Source: Seison nebaliae (Eukaryota). Taken from it: a stretch of DNA of 64,000 nucleotides. The stretch is from the NCBI GenBank assembly GCA_023231475.1, contig JALJEE010001644.1:1-64000 (forward strand), given 5' to 3'. Shown one piece after another: positions 26,763 to 44,480 of the stretch. The position numbers and the translations under genes are program-made. The notes under the pieces were generated by a model. That model ran no database searches and was not told the origin of the DNA. It was given only the letters and a program-made list of their open reading frames with translations. Each line of letters starts with the position of its first letter. Position 1 is the stretch's first letter.

Positions 26763-28361
26763 TTAATCGAAAGGATTATTTTTCGCATCATCACCATAAT
26801 ATGGTTTCCAATAATACCAAATATTAGGCGCGTGTGACACTTCTGCGATTTGAGGACGTCCTCCTGAATCATAGAATCTAATATCTGTTTGTGATTCTTT
26901 CAATCGACCAGCATCGAAAATTCCTTTAAATGCCTTTTAATATTTCCGAATTATAAATTATTGTAATTCGACAGACAAAATTAACTAATGCTGAAGCTTC
27001 ATCGAATTTGTTACCCCAAACATAAATATTGATTAATGTCGTATTGGATAATAACATTTCCGTTATTTTCCCCAAACCTTTCGTCGTTATATTATTACTT
27101 CTTAGAACTAATCTGAAAATTAAATTTTTAGAAATTGAAAAAAAGAAATAAAATTAACGAACGTTTCTAATGTTTTATTACTGAATTTCATTACATCGCA
27201 AATAAAATGAGTTCCTTGTGATTCGATGCGATTATAACCCAAATCCAACACTCTCAACGGGGGATCACTTTCCAAATAGATCGCTATACATCTTGCTCCA
27301 TCTCTAGTAATTTTATTACTAAACAATGAAAGTATTGTAATTCAAGTATTGTAATTATTAACCAGCTGAAATCAATGTGAGTCAGAAATATATTTTTCGA
27401 CAAAGCTTCGATAATTTGAGAACAACCAAAATCTTTAATATGCATCTTCTGTACATGTAACTCTTCTAAACAACAATTTATCTTATAAAATATTTTGAGA
27501 TGAAAATGTACAATTTTTTGTACAAACATTCAACATTCGGCCGATGTGAACCGGAATAATGTCGTTCGAACTTTCTAGTTCATTATTTGTAATTGGACGA
27601 TTAATATTTAGATACAACAAATTCTTATTCGTTCTTAAAGCAGTTGTAATGGCAATCAATGTTTCAATATGCTACTTTCAATATTCCATCAAGCAGGTTT
27701 TTTTTATGGAAATAACCAACCGAATTCGTGTCTGATAAATCCAAACTTTTCAGAGTAACGTTTATTCTTAACATTTTAGCAAAATGTATTCCACCAAATT
27801 TCCCTAAAGGATTCCCGTTCAAATTAATGAATATGACAGATCCGTTTTTCTTTAACATTTCAATGATTTTTGTCGATTATAAAGAATTTAAACTTCCAAG
27901 ACTATACCCAGTTCTCTAGCACCTTCTTCGCCGATATCATTCCCCATCAAATCTAAATGAGTAATACTTTTATCAGCCTTTTATGGAATGTAGTTATTAA
28001 ATAAGATAAATTAAGAGAAGAAACTTTTAAGAATTCTGCTAGCATTTGTGCACCCAAATCAGTGATTCGATTAAATCGAAGAGATAATCGTTTAATTTTC
28101 GTCTCTTCTTTTAGAACGTTTAATAAGAATTTCAAATCATCATCATTTATTCGAGGTCCTTCAATGAGCACATTATTCCCCGAAGCATCCAATGTGTCAG
28201 TCTCAAGTTTCCTTAAATGAACAAAGAATAACTAGGGAAATTAATTGGAATGGAAACGCTGTTGTTTGATTTTGAAGAGTATGGGCGATACGTTTGTTAG
28301 GTTGCACTTCATGCATTCGACACATATTGATGTAGTTCTCCAATAGTTTAATAGCTTCCAT
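26763..28361 (-). CDS. LRRC34: Leucine-rich repeat protein LRRC34-like, 9 exons
   Basis: RNI-like LRRs (LSLRFNRITDLGA, LDLMGNDIGEEGA, LNGNPLGKFGG, FSCNKITRDGA, LDLGYNRIESQG, IYVWGNKFDE) and C-terminal YYWKPYYG. Eight GTT..AG introns of 44-52 nt restore one frame. Confidence 0.8.
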
Positions 28362-28420
28362 GATCACCTGATCTATAATTGTGATCTGACTGTTCACAAT
28401 TGATTGATTTTAACTTATTG

Positions 28421-28434
28421 GTTGTCATAGTAAC
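28421..28434. promoter_or_regulatory. RFX-binding X-box upstream of LRRC34
   Basis: GTTGTCATAGTAAC matches the X-box consensus GTHNYY-AT-RRNAAC, 60 nt upstream of the LRRC34 ATG. Confidence 0.65.
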
Positions 28435-28653
28435 AAAGAGTCGAAATCAAACACTCAGAACGTTCAATAAGAGTTGTTGTTCAATTTTCTTTTTTTAACT
28501 TTAAGCTTCGAACAAATATTATTTTGTTCCATCTCATTAATTCTTCGTATTGGCTGATTCGAATAATTGAGGAAATCAGAATAGTTTAAAAATTAAAAAA
28601 TAATTTAAATTAAAAATTGTTAATAATTTAATAGAAAATTTGAAAAACTGCAA

Positions 28654-30018
28654 TTATTGAGGAGTAAAAAAGGAAATGAATTGGATGATAAATGCGGAGA
28701 ATAAGGAAATGCTACAAACTGATAAAATGAAATTGGTTGATGGATCTGTTAATAAAAATATGGTAATTGCTAAATTCACAGGAATTCTAATGTAATTCAT
28801 TAGAGTGGAACGGATCTCTTCTCTCATCTTACTACTTCGGTTATCGGCAATGAGTGCCCAGAAAATGCCGATACAGAATTCATAGACGAGAAATGCGATT
28901 AAAACAAACGGTTCGGTTGTCGATGATGGTATGGGCACAATGAGAGCAAAGGAAGCGAATAATGAAATAATTAAAAATAAATATTTTCTATAACATTTGA
29001 GTTGATTGAGAATGACAGCATAAAGTCCTGAACCGCATCCAGCGGATAACATGAAAGTGGTGAAAATGAGACCCATCGATGATTTGGTATGAATACGTTG
29101 CATGACAGGCGTCCATTGCATGACGAATAAGAAGAGTGATAATTCAAAAAGGATTTGTGTCAATGCTAAGTAGATGAAAGAATGTTTTTTCAATTCCTCC
29201 AATGTTAATTGGAATGAATTGGTGAAATTATTCGTTCCATAATTCTCTTCCCAGAGGAATAGTACGAGAATAATGACGAGAATGTTTGATATTCCACAGA
29301 GAACAAACGGTGTCAATATTCCGAATGATCGAACGACAATTGCGGAGATGATTCCGATTAAGATTCCCAGAATCGAACGAATTAATGCCGATCCACTTAA
29401 AATGTTATGGATATCATCATCATAATTGACATTATTATTATTATTATTATCATCATCATCATTATGATTATGTTGATTGATGGTGTAATAATTGAGGAGA
29501 CGTTGATTCGAATGATTCTCCTTCAATGAAGTAATTATCCACGATTCGAAAGCCGAATATAAAAGACACGTTCCCAACGCATTGAAAATTCGACTGATAA
29601 TCACCACATAATAATTGTCGAATAATACCAATGTACAGAATGTAATGTATGAAATGCTACAGAGAATAACGGACGAACGACGACCGAATTTATCCATTAA
29701 ATTGCCAAGACAAAAGTTGAAGATAGTAGAAGCGATTGCATTTGTTATATAGAAATTTTTTATTTGGATATCTGTGAAATTTCGCCATTCGAACAATTGG
29801 TAAGTGTATGGTTCCTTGAAATGAGGAGATTAATGGATTTAGAAGAAATAGGAAACTTGAAGCCAATCGCCAATGACGGCTAGAGAATAAACTATGAGAA
29901 ATTTATATTGGATTTTCCGTATAGTGGTGTCGAATGTGCAAATTAAGGAACGTGCAGTTAATAGAGACAAGACGAAATTTGGAATACCTAATAACCATAA
30001 TGTTGGAGTTAAATTCAT
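28654..30018 (-). CDS. MFSD5: MFS transporter, MFSD5/molybdate-anion transporter family, 2 exons
   Basis: FLIVYSLAVIGDWLQ|EPYTYQLF, DKFGRR, LLYSAFESW, WEENYG, LFELSLFLFVMQWTP, AFLVYEFCIGIFW, RSTLMNYIRIPVN. Intron 29815-29856 (GTT..AAG). Confidence 0.85.
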
Positions 30019-30399
30019 TTAGTTTGTTTTGAGTCATCCGCTCATTCAATTTCTATTCTCATTTGATAAGATTAATAATTTTTTCAATTTTTTTTCTTTG
30101 CTTATTACTCCGATTACTCTTCTAATTGGGAAGCTTTTTTTTATCAAACAATTTTTTCCTTATTCTATCTCTCTTCGAACTAACAATAAATTTTTCAACT
30201 TTTTATTTTTTCCTTCATAATTCAAATTTTTTTCTCAAACCATCTTGATGGAAATTAAACGATTTCAACTAACTATTGTAAAACTATTCAGTGTTAAGAA
30301 TAGGATAAAATTAAACATTTTAATTTGTGTCACCCGTTTAAATTTGTTAGGAAGAATTAAACTTTATTTGAATAAAAAGAATTTTTTTTTGGCATTTCT

Positions 30400-33300
30400 T
30401 TAACATAAAGTCATATCGATTTGATGACTGATCGGTAATGATTCGTAACTAGATAAATTCACGATAGATTCATTTGGTTTTGCATTCACGTTTGTTGGTG
30501 GTTCAATTCTAATAAATTCATCAGTCATTTCAGTAAAATGAGAAATAAATGATTAACCGATAAACTGCTCGAGTTGCATTTACTCTCATTGTTGTCGATT
30601 GTGAATTTTGTGATTTGAAAAATCGATTGTCATCCCCTTTTTGACAGGAGCATAAAGTAGTCGAATTATCTGATGTGATAGAAAAGGGAGTTCCAATGAA
30701 TAATTGATTCTCATTCGAGAAATCGGAAAGAGAAGAAATGAAGGAATTCTGTTTCTTATAATATTCTCGAAGGATTCTGGGCGATGCCATTTTAATATGA
30801 TTCCTTCTGGATCGTTTCCTCCGTTTAAACATTTTTGATTGTTTCTTCTTTTTATTTCGTCTTATCTCTCTCAATCTGTTACGATTGTTGTTGTTATTTT
30901 GATTTAAATTGAAATTATATGGAGAAATGGTGACACCAGTTGAAATGGAAGAAGATAAAGATGAAGGAGAAAAAGAAGAAGAAGGAGAAGATGTTGATTC
31001 AGATGATGATGAAGCAGTGAATGAATCTAAATAAATTGGAATTATTAAGAGAACTTAAATATATTTCAATAATTTTAACCGATTGTTCGATGAAATCGAT
31101 AAGAGAAATAATTTGGAGTTTGTGGAAAATTGTTGAAATGGAATTGATTGTTATTTATTTGTGGCGATAATGGTGATAATGAATGTCTATTCACTTTTTT
31201 CGGTTTTGTTAAAATGAAATTACTATCTTTATCCAAATCAGTGACATATGTTGATTTTAATGTTGATTTCTCCATCGAACGATTTTTGATGTCAGAAGAG
31301 TTTAAATCGTACGAATTCCTTTGGAATTGAGGACGAGCGTTCGGATATTTATAGGAATTGTGTGGTCGATTCCTAATGGATGAGATTGGAATTTGCGTTC
31401 GATTATTCGTTTGTTCGTTGAACTCATCTAAATTCTCCATCATATTCAACGAAATCAATTCTCTGTAAGAATATGGTTGATGGTTGTTCTGACGGTTTTC
31501 TACCATCTGATCATTCACATCAAACTGAGTGAATTGATTGAGAGAAATTGATGGTGTGAATGAAGAACATTTAGACGGAGTTGAATTAGATCGTCGTCGA
31601 GTAAAATGTCGTTGAATAATGGGCGAATTAATTAATTCAGACGAAGACGCTCCACTAATAAAGGGAGGTCGAGTTGATGATATGGAATGTCGCCATTTGG
31701 GAAGTAATTTAGATTTTTGTAAATTTTCACGGAAGAAATTATCAACTGATGATGATTTGAATGAAATTGAATGATCTGATGATTTCCTTTGACAATATCG
31801 ATCATCTCTAATATTTCTCATGAGAACATGATCGATAATTGAATGCTCCTGATTGGCTTCAATGGATTTTTCAGCTTTTTTAAAACTTCGCATCTTTCGA
31901 CATTTCACTCTCAAATAACTATTTCTCTTGATATAATGTCTCAATTGTGTGACGAAGATAATGCTCAACATGATGATAATAAGCAGAATAATTATAATGA
32001 TCCACCATTTCCTGGTAAGCACTAAATGGGATGAAGAATTGGCTGTGAAATTTTTGTTAGATAAATTCTCTTTTTTTATTAAGAAGGCTGTTTGATTGAG
32101 ATAATCATTCATCAATTTCCATCGATAACGATTCGTTCCGATACGACGTGAAGGAATAAATGGGAAACTGGTAATGGAATCATAATTATTTGTTATTATT
32201 GTTGGGGTGGTGGTGGTGATGGGAGATGTTAATGGAAAAGAAGAAAATAAGTTACTGTTCAATCGAATATAATCAACTAAATTAGTTGTTGTAATTCGTT
32301 CCGTTGAGAGTTGAAATATTGTTGTTGTTGTTGTTGTGGTATGTTCTGGATATTCCATCGATAATTCAATTGATTTTATGATTGTGGTAGTAGAAATGAT
32401 TCTCTTTCTAGTTGTTGTGATTTTTATTCTTGTTGTGGTAATTGGAATGGTTAAAGGTTTTTCAGTTTTTTCAAAATTAATTGTTGTTGTTGTTGTTGTT
32501 GTTGAGGATGGAAATATTGGATTGGAGGCTCGCATAAAATGTAACCAGTCGAGTGATAATAATGTTGTTCCAATGGAACTTGTAGTTGATGTGGACAAAG
32601 AGAATTTTGTATCAGAAAAAATTTGTCGATTTAATGAGGCAATTTTCGATAATGAAGATGATGGAATGGAAATTGAAGAATTTCCTTCTAGTCGTTTAAG
32701 GAACTCTTCCACACTTAGTTGCACGTCAAGGATCGTTTGCTGTTTATTGGGTGTGGTGTGTTGAATGCGAATGTTATTCCATTTATTAGTCAATTGTTGA
32801 TCATTTGCTCGATTGTGTAATTTGATTTGATTAACTTTCTTTCGATGTTTATTTGAAATCTTTCCAATCTTTCGATAAACTTTCTGCACATTCTCACACT
32901 GCTGCCCACTCAGTCGTGGAAATCGGTGAGAACATTCACATAATCTCCCATACCAGAACTTCCGGCAATAACTCGATAATTTCAATGTTAATCTTGATTT
33001 TCTTTGTTTCCCGATTAATTTGACTCGAAGTCTAATCACTTTGCGAATATCAGATAAACCTGGTGATATTCCATAAGCACGATGGAATGCATCTAAATGT
33101 TGGTAACGATTTTCTGATGATGCATATTCATAACTAGACGTCGGATATTCCAACCAAACATCAACAAAAACAACAATGGATCCCGGCCATTGTTTGAAGG
33201 GAAAATATAAAGAGGATAAAGGCAAATGTGAATTTTTCCTAGGGAAATTAATGAATAATTCATACTCATCATTCTCGTTCATATTAATCATTCGGAAATA

Positions 33301-33627
33301 CTGACGATTAGTAATATTTGATGGATCAAATGACTGATGGAAATATCCATAAGTACATTGAGAAATGGTAGTATCTCGATTAGCCAATTTCAATGGATTC
33401 AAACGTTTCTCCGTTTCGGATTGTGTGAGTGTCATAAGACAGAATTCAATGTGTAAATAACATGACGGTCTGATGATATTCCGTCGAAGAATCATCGTTC
33501 TATTGAGACAAGCTAATTCTTTTCTCTTCAATGAAAGTTTTTGAAATTCGATCTCAAATATACCTCTCATCATTGTCAATGAAATTAAGTGATATAAAAC
33601 GATAATAAACAAATATCGAAGTTGCAT
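30400..33627 (-). CDS. Divergent Delta/Serrate (Notch-ligand)-like type I membrane protein, 3 exons
   Basis: Signal peptide; MNNL-like motifs (GIFEIEF, CYLHIEFCL, CTYG, FPFKQWPGSIVVFVDVW); truncated DSL-like CRKFWYGRLC...SGQQC; Thr-rich stalk; TM WWIIIIILLIIIMLSIIFV; long cytoplasmic tail. Introns 31027-31079 and 30509-30557 join the 30530-30874 ORF. Confidence 0.7.
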
Positions 33628-36600
33628 TTCATTCAATCATTCATTTCATCAATCCATAAATTTCTTTTCAATTTCTCATTGAAATTTCTCTAATTATCTT
33701 AAAATCAAAATAAAAACTTGTATATTTTTTTTAATTCATCGAAAATCTTTGAAACTCGAAATATTAAAAATGATTTGATGAAATAAATCAGTTTAATTTC
33801 CATCAAATTATTTTTTCTGATCTCTTTAAATAAATGACTTACATAAATTTCAATAAGTGTAACAATTAGACGTTTGTTTTTTTTTACGAAGAACAAGGAG
33901 AAGATGATGGAATTGATAAGAGAGATCGAAAAAAAATTCTCATAAGATTGATAATGGAATCGAATGAATATGGTTTATTATCAAAAACGGAATATGAAAT
34001 GGATGAATAATTTATATTAAGAACAAATGATAATGAAGGTGATAAATAGTTAGAGGAGAAATGTAATCCTTTCGGATTCATCCGTTTTTTACTAAACAAT
34101 CGATGATATTTTGTTAGTTTTATTCTTCTCATTTATTCTCCTCTCAAATTTAAGGTAAACAATTCCAGTTAATATTATCCATGATTTAACTGTCAAGATC
34201 TCGAATTATCTCTCATTTCCATTCACAACTAATATTTGGGATTCTACTTCTTTTTCTGTAATGAACAATTGTTGCTTCCCGCCTACACGCTCTCATCACG
34301 ATTCATCCGTCGGGAAGTTGAGGAACATCAACGACAATTGTAAACAAAGTTACTCTAAGATGTACTCTCGTTACCGGTTTCAATGATTGTGATTTCCCTA
34401 AATCGTGTCATTTGGAGAGATCGTTTTGTGCGGAATTTTTCTCCTCTTCCGCATCATCAACAACAAACAACTCAATCTATTGATGGATATAACTCGAGTT
34501 GGATACATGAGGAAATTACTACACTTAATTGCTAAACGACGAATGATTCCTAATTCATATTTTATCCAGTAGGAAATAATCAATTTACTCTCATAACATC
34601 ATTCTTGCATCACAGAAGAACATTCTCCTTTTCGTTTACTTCGACAATTCTTTGAAGGGTTTGAAGTTGTTGAATGTGAAGAAATAGTTTAATGGGACAA
34701 GAATCCTGATTATTTTTTATCCTTATCAACATTCGACCATCGGAAACATATTCTATTAAATGAGCTTCTTATAATGTTGATACTAAAAAGAAAAAGAATC
34801 GAAGAAGAAGAAGAAGAAGATAGAATTAGATGAAGAGAGCTTCATTCGTTGAGCTTCATTCATTCATTTTCCATCGTAAGAGGATTATTCTTCATTTCTA
34901 TTTCTCTTGAATTCACTTACGGTAATGTACTTAAATTTGAATACATTATTTTACATGTCATAGCCATACTCCACATTACACCAAGAATTCTCTTATGACT
35001 CATCTAACTGCGTTAAGTCGAAAGATTGGATGGAACTATTCTTATAAAGAGTTCTCTTCTCTTATATATATGGAGGATTGGACTGCCAAGATTCTTTCTA
35101 TCTCGACAGCTACCTACAGTTCGAGCTAGCTCTCAGTTAGCCATCCATTCGTCGTGTTGAGAGATGTTCATGAAAGAAAGTGGAATGAATGTTTGATAAA
35201 TACATGTATATGAATAGATAGATGAGTTGAATAATAAGAGAAAAAATTCGATGAAATATTGAAATTAATGGAAATGTCGAATCTACTCGATCTGATCCAA
35301 CAACGCGTCGGAGATTGATGTTGTTCTTGTTCAAGAATAATCGATGCAACATTAAATGAATAAGTTTATTGCTCTAGTTTCTCCTAATTTTCTTATTGCC
35401 ACTACATGACGATGTAGTGAATTCTCTCATTCACTAACATCATAATCGTAGTATTTACTATTTTTAATATATTTCTAAATGACGAGATCTCATTCTTCCC
35501 TCCCAGTTGATATTCAATCGACATTTCTGTAAATAAATTCTTTCCATCATTCTATATTTATTGCAGTACTTCACACGTTCATCATTATCCAAATAGAGAA
35601 CACATAGTTCATACTCCACCTCTAATTAAAGGCATTAAAGGAAACGAACAACATATCCGTTACTTCCAATCGCCCATCAATCATTCAAATATTTCCTACT
35701 ATCTGTTTATTTAGCAATCGAACACTCTTGTAGCCTTCCCATAATCACATAGGATGTGGTCGATCGTTAATTATTGGAATAACTCTTCCATTCTTCCACT
35801 CAACTAATGACCATCATTATTTATCTCCGACTAAAAATATCATCACTTCTTTCATCAATTGGTTAATGAAAGTATCGTTTAATTCAATGTCTTTCAACTT
35901 CCATCGCGTTCAATCCGGAAAGAAATGATCATTTTTTTCATCAAAGTATATTATCAGGATCTTAACTGAAACTTTAAAGTTTTTTCCAAGTTCAAATTTT
36001 TTGAAAGTCCATGAAGATTAGATTATCAATTATATAAGATATAGATTAATGTTTAGGTAATATTCATCCAATTTCAATTTTAATTGATCAAATTTCTTCT
36101 TATTATTAATGTTTCTCTTGTTTCGGAATATCATTCATACAAATAAATTAGACTATTTAGAAATGTGAGAATATCGTCTAATTATTGTGTGAATAATAGT
36201 CATAATTAATTAAGTAAGTTTTCTCACTTATATGACCAGTTGTCATCTTCCTCAAAATATGGTAAATAAAAGTCGATAACAAAAACCGTAGAAAACCGTT
36301 GCATTAGAAAAAGAGAAGCTAAAATGAAAGTGATTTTGTGAAGGTATTTGGATAAATTGGTTTTCAGAAGAATCGGTAATTAATGAGAATAGCAATAATG
36401 ATGATAAAGTGAAGAATAATGAAAATAAATAATAGAATAAAATTCCATTGAATAATAGGAGTGCAATAGAAAAGAATGAAGCGACGACGTGAAATAGAAT
36501 GATGTATAATAAATGGAGAAGTATATAACCGAATTTTATAGGAAACAAAAATATTGATGATAAACATAATGGCTCAAAATTGCATATAATACATAGTATC

Positions 36601-36846
36601 TATATATTATACTGGATAGAATATTATTAGTTTTGTTGGAGAATAATATTATAGTAAGATGATAATAAAATGATATAAATGATAATAAAATATTTTTTCA
36701 TTCATATGGATAATATAGTGTTTATATAAATTTCATTTATCATATGTAATAAAATATAATAATTGTAGTAATATTCTCTTCAATTAACTAGTAAAAATTC
36801 TAATTCTCTTTAAACGTCAACTAACCGAAAGTGATTATATAGAAAA

Positions 36847-38452
36847 CTATCCTGAATACGAAACACCAGTTGGAGTCGGATGTTGAGTAGCTGTCTGTAA
36901 TGGAGCACCATTCACTACACCATTATTAGTCGTACTAATACCGATAGAAACGGATGGTGGATATGGATATGATTGAGGTACTGGATGTGGTTGTTGGGAA
37001 TAAGTGGGCCATGTTTGTGGTGGCGGATTCTGAAACAAATCAAATTTAATAACAAATCAAATTTAAAAATCATAATTGTGATATGATATGATACGATAAT
37101 TAGAAGATAACTTCATGATGATTTCGATTTTGATTATAACGACGATTATCCACTGGATAGCCATATGATGGTTGAGCTGCCGTTGGATGTGGATGTGATT
37201 GATAATAAGATTGATATGAATGATGGACATTCGATGGATTATAAGGTGAAATTTGATTTGATTGTAAATGATTTTGTTGTTGACAACCATGACCATTCAT
37301 GTTGTTGTTTTGTTGATGGTTTGTATTGTTGTGATGAGATTGTGGACCGTTATTGTTAGCTCGTTTAACTCGACATTTTTTATTATTAATAACATGTATA
37401 GAATATTGGAGTATGTCGTTAACCGTTCGACTCTCCGCAAATGTCACAAATGCATGAGGACGGAATGGTTCCGGTATGAACACATGAAGTACCGTCCCGA
37501 ATTGTTTGAAATAATCAAATAAATTATTTCTATTAATATCTTGTGTCATATCTCCAATATAAATTATTCGGCGATCTTGTGGCGACTTAATGGAAAATAT
37601 AAAAAATAAAAAAAATTTTAATTTGAAAACTTATTTAATTTTAACTTTATCATCTTGTAATCGAATAATAATGGAATTTCCTTCAACTGTATGTTCCTTT
37701 TGTAATAACAATTCCTCTTGTTGTTCGTATGTGTGAAGTCGAGCGAAACCATAACCTCTCGTCGAATTAGTCTGACGATTTCTCATCAAAGTCAACGAAT
37801 CGAGGAGACCATATTGTCCCAAATATGATCTCAATTGTCGTTCACTCGTTCTCGATTCGATCTGTAAAATGACGAGATCGGTAGCAACTCGTTGAGAGCG
37901 ACAACGTTTCGCATAACTTTCCAAGAATTGTTTCAATGATCCCACATCCATCGTATCGATATTGAGATTTGATTTTGGCGAGTTAAAGTCGTTCACACCG
38001 TTCGATATTGATGAACGATCGTTAGAGAATTTTCGATCTCTAAAATTACAATTATCATCATTATTTGGCAATTTCCGTTTCCTCGACGGAACAGTATCTA
38101 CCACACTGTCAATGTCATCATGGAGTGAGATAGATGTATCGATGTTAATCGTATAAATTCGTGTTTGCCAACCGTTATCTGGCGGATACAATTTCCCATT
38201 GGCTGATCGAACACCTCGCCAAATAGTTGATGTGGTCGATGATGGTTCATCTAATTCCACATCATATTTCATTCCAGTAGCTCGAGGAAATTGTGAGCGT
38301 AAGGAAGAAATGAGCACTGTATTATCATCTTCAACGGGAATCTCGATGATTTCATCATCAGATTTCGCCCGAACATATTTCATCAACATTTTCGGTTCAT
38401 TCGAATAAATCGGTTTCTCTTCACTTTTGATTGTTACAAATTCATTTTTCAT
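36847..38452 (-). CDS. TARDBP: TDP-43-like RNA-binding protein, 3 exons
   Basis: N-terminal domain EIIEIPVEDDNTVLISSLRSQFPRATGMKY...RGVR...LYPP..GW; RRM1 (TDLVIL, RGYGFARL); RRM2 (YFKQFGTVLHVFIPEPFRPHAFVTF); N/Q/H/P-rich tail. Introns 37586-37645 and 37030-37111. Confidence 0.85.
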
Positions 38453-39405
38453 TTTTAATGTTATAAAATACTCTGTTCAATCTCACTTTTATATTTTCTT
38501 TCAATTTTTTTATTATTTATTCATTAGATTTCTAATTAAAAAAATATGTAAACTGACCAAATTCTAAGTAAGAAAAAGATTTTGAAGTAATTTCTGAAAA
38601 GAAGAAATAGAAGTAGAGTAAATATGAATAAAATATTTAAAGTTATTAGCTAAAGTGCGAAATAGAATTGTTGAAAATTTAAAAAATCCAATAGAATAAA
38701 CTTGTGAATAAAATAGGAAAATAAAAGACAAGAGAAAACGATGTATACAAATTGTACATTCAATACTGCATAAAGTTGTAAATGAATGATAAAGGGAATT
38801 AGATAATGAAATAATTTTAAATTTCTAATAATCAGAATAGTTTTTTGAGTCAGAAAGAGTGATAATAAAATTCAAAATATAAGTTTAATAGATCGAAAAG
38901 TTTATAAATATTTATTAAACAATAAATAAAAGTAAATTATTAATAATAATAATTAATTTTAAAAATAATTAATGTTCCATTAATTTGTTAGGGAACAATT
39001 TTTTCGAAAGCCAAAACAACAACAACAAGTTATTGTCCTTCTAATCTGACCTTATGAATGAATACAATTGATGAAGCACAATCATTTCTTTTCTGTCTTT
39101 AGTTGTGTGTCTCGAAAAAAATAAAATTTTTTCTAATTTCCTCATTCTCGGGTCTCTATGTACACGAGTGTATTTATCTTTCCCTAATGAAGAAGAAAAC
39201 GCAAGACGAAAAACGGGGAAAAAATACAATAAGAGGAGGAACATTTAAACTCCAATCACACACTCCTGCTGTCCGTATTTATATAGTGGAATTTTTGAGG
39301 AAATTTAAAAAAAATAATTTTTTTTGAAAACTACTCTCTCCACGAAGAAAAGAGAAGAGATTGTCTGGAGAATGGTTGAGTGAGAAAAGTAGTCGCGACC
39401 CATAA

Positions 39406-43665
<4,260 letters not shown>

Positions 43666-44453
43666 TTCCCCCCCAACATATTTCACTTATATATTCCACT
43701 ACACAATTTTTCATAAAAGCAAAATAGTTTAATTTTTCGAAAAGTTCAAATCCATCGAATAATCACTAGTTCATCGAATGAGCACTATCGATAATCGATC
43801 AAATTTTTCAACAACATACTTTTTTTTATTTATGTTTCAACAAATTTTTAACTGATGTCTCAAGAAAATATATTCATCATTTCTCTTATTTCATCCAGTT
43901 AATCAATTTCTTTTTCATTCAATCAATTATCAATTGTTAACAAATAATAATCATTCAAGAGATAATCCAACTCTTTTTCTTTAATAAAAAGAATTTTTTA
44001 ATTTTTAATGTTCAACTTGAAAGAATATTCCGAAAATTCCAAAATTAAATTTTCTTTCTATTAGTTGTCTCATTGAATAGAGATTTATTGAATAGATTGG
44101 AACTCCCACTCATCGTTTCAACACGATAATTTTGATAATTTATTATCTCAAAATTGTTAGCAATCTGACACATAAATTGGTATTGTGCAAAGAAAGAGAA
44201 ATTTTTAATGTTTTCCACAGAAATTGTCCAACGGTCCAATTTTTTTAGGAGAAGGCTATTATTGAAATGGAAAGAAGGATTACTGTATTTAATTAAGGAT
44301 TGTTAGGGGATTTTAGACCGGAACATTTTTTAGTTGTCGGATTTTGTTAAATTTCATTAAAAAGTTTATTGCCCTTACCATCAGTAATGGTGGGAAGGAG
44401 AATAGTTGATTGTTTAGTTAAAGTGCTCGTGTGTCAATGGGATAGAGTACTTT

Positions 44454-44480
44454 GAGAGAGAGAGAGAGAGAGAAAGAGAG
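44454..44480. repeat. (GA)n microsatellite
   Basis: gagagagagagagagagagaaagagag in the PKN to G-alpha intergenic region. Confidence 0.8.

Noticed and set aside
33705..36567. Several 60-100 aa ORFs between the Delta-like and TDP-43-like genes
   Set aside because: No homology or consistent splice pattern; consistent with UTR and regulatory DNA.
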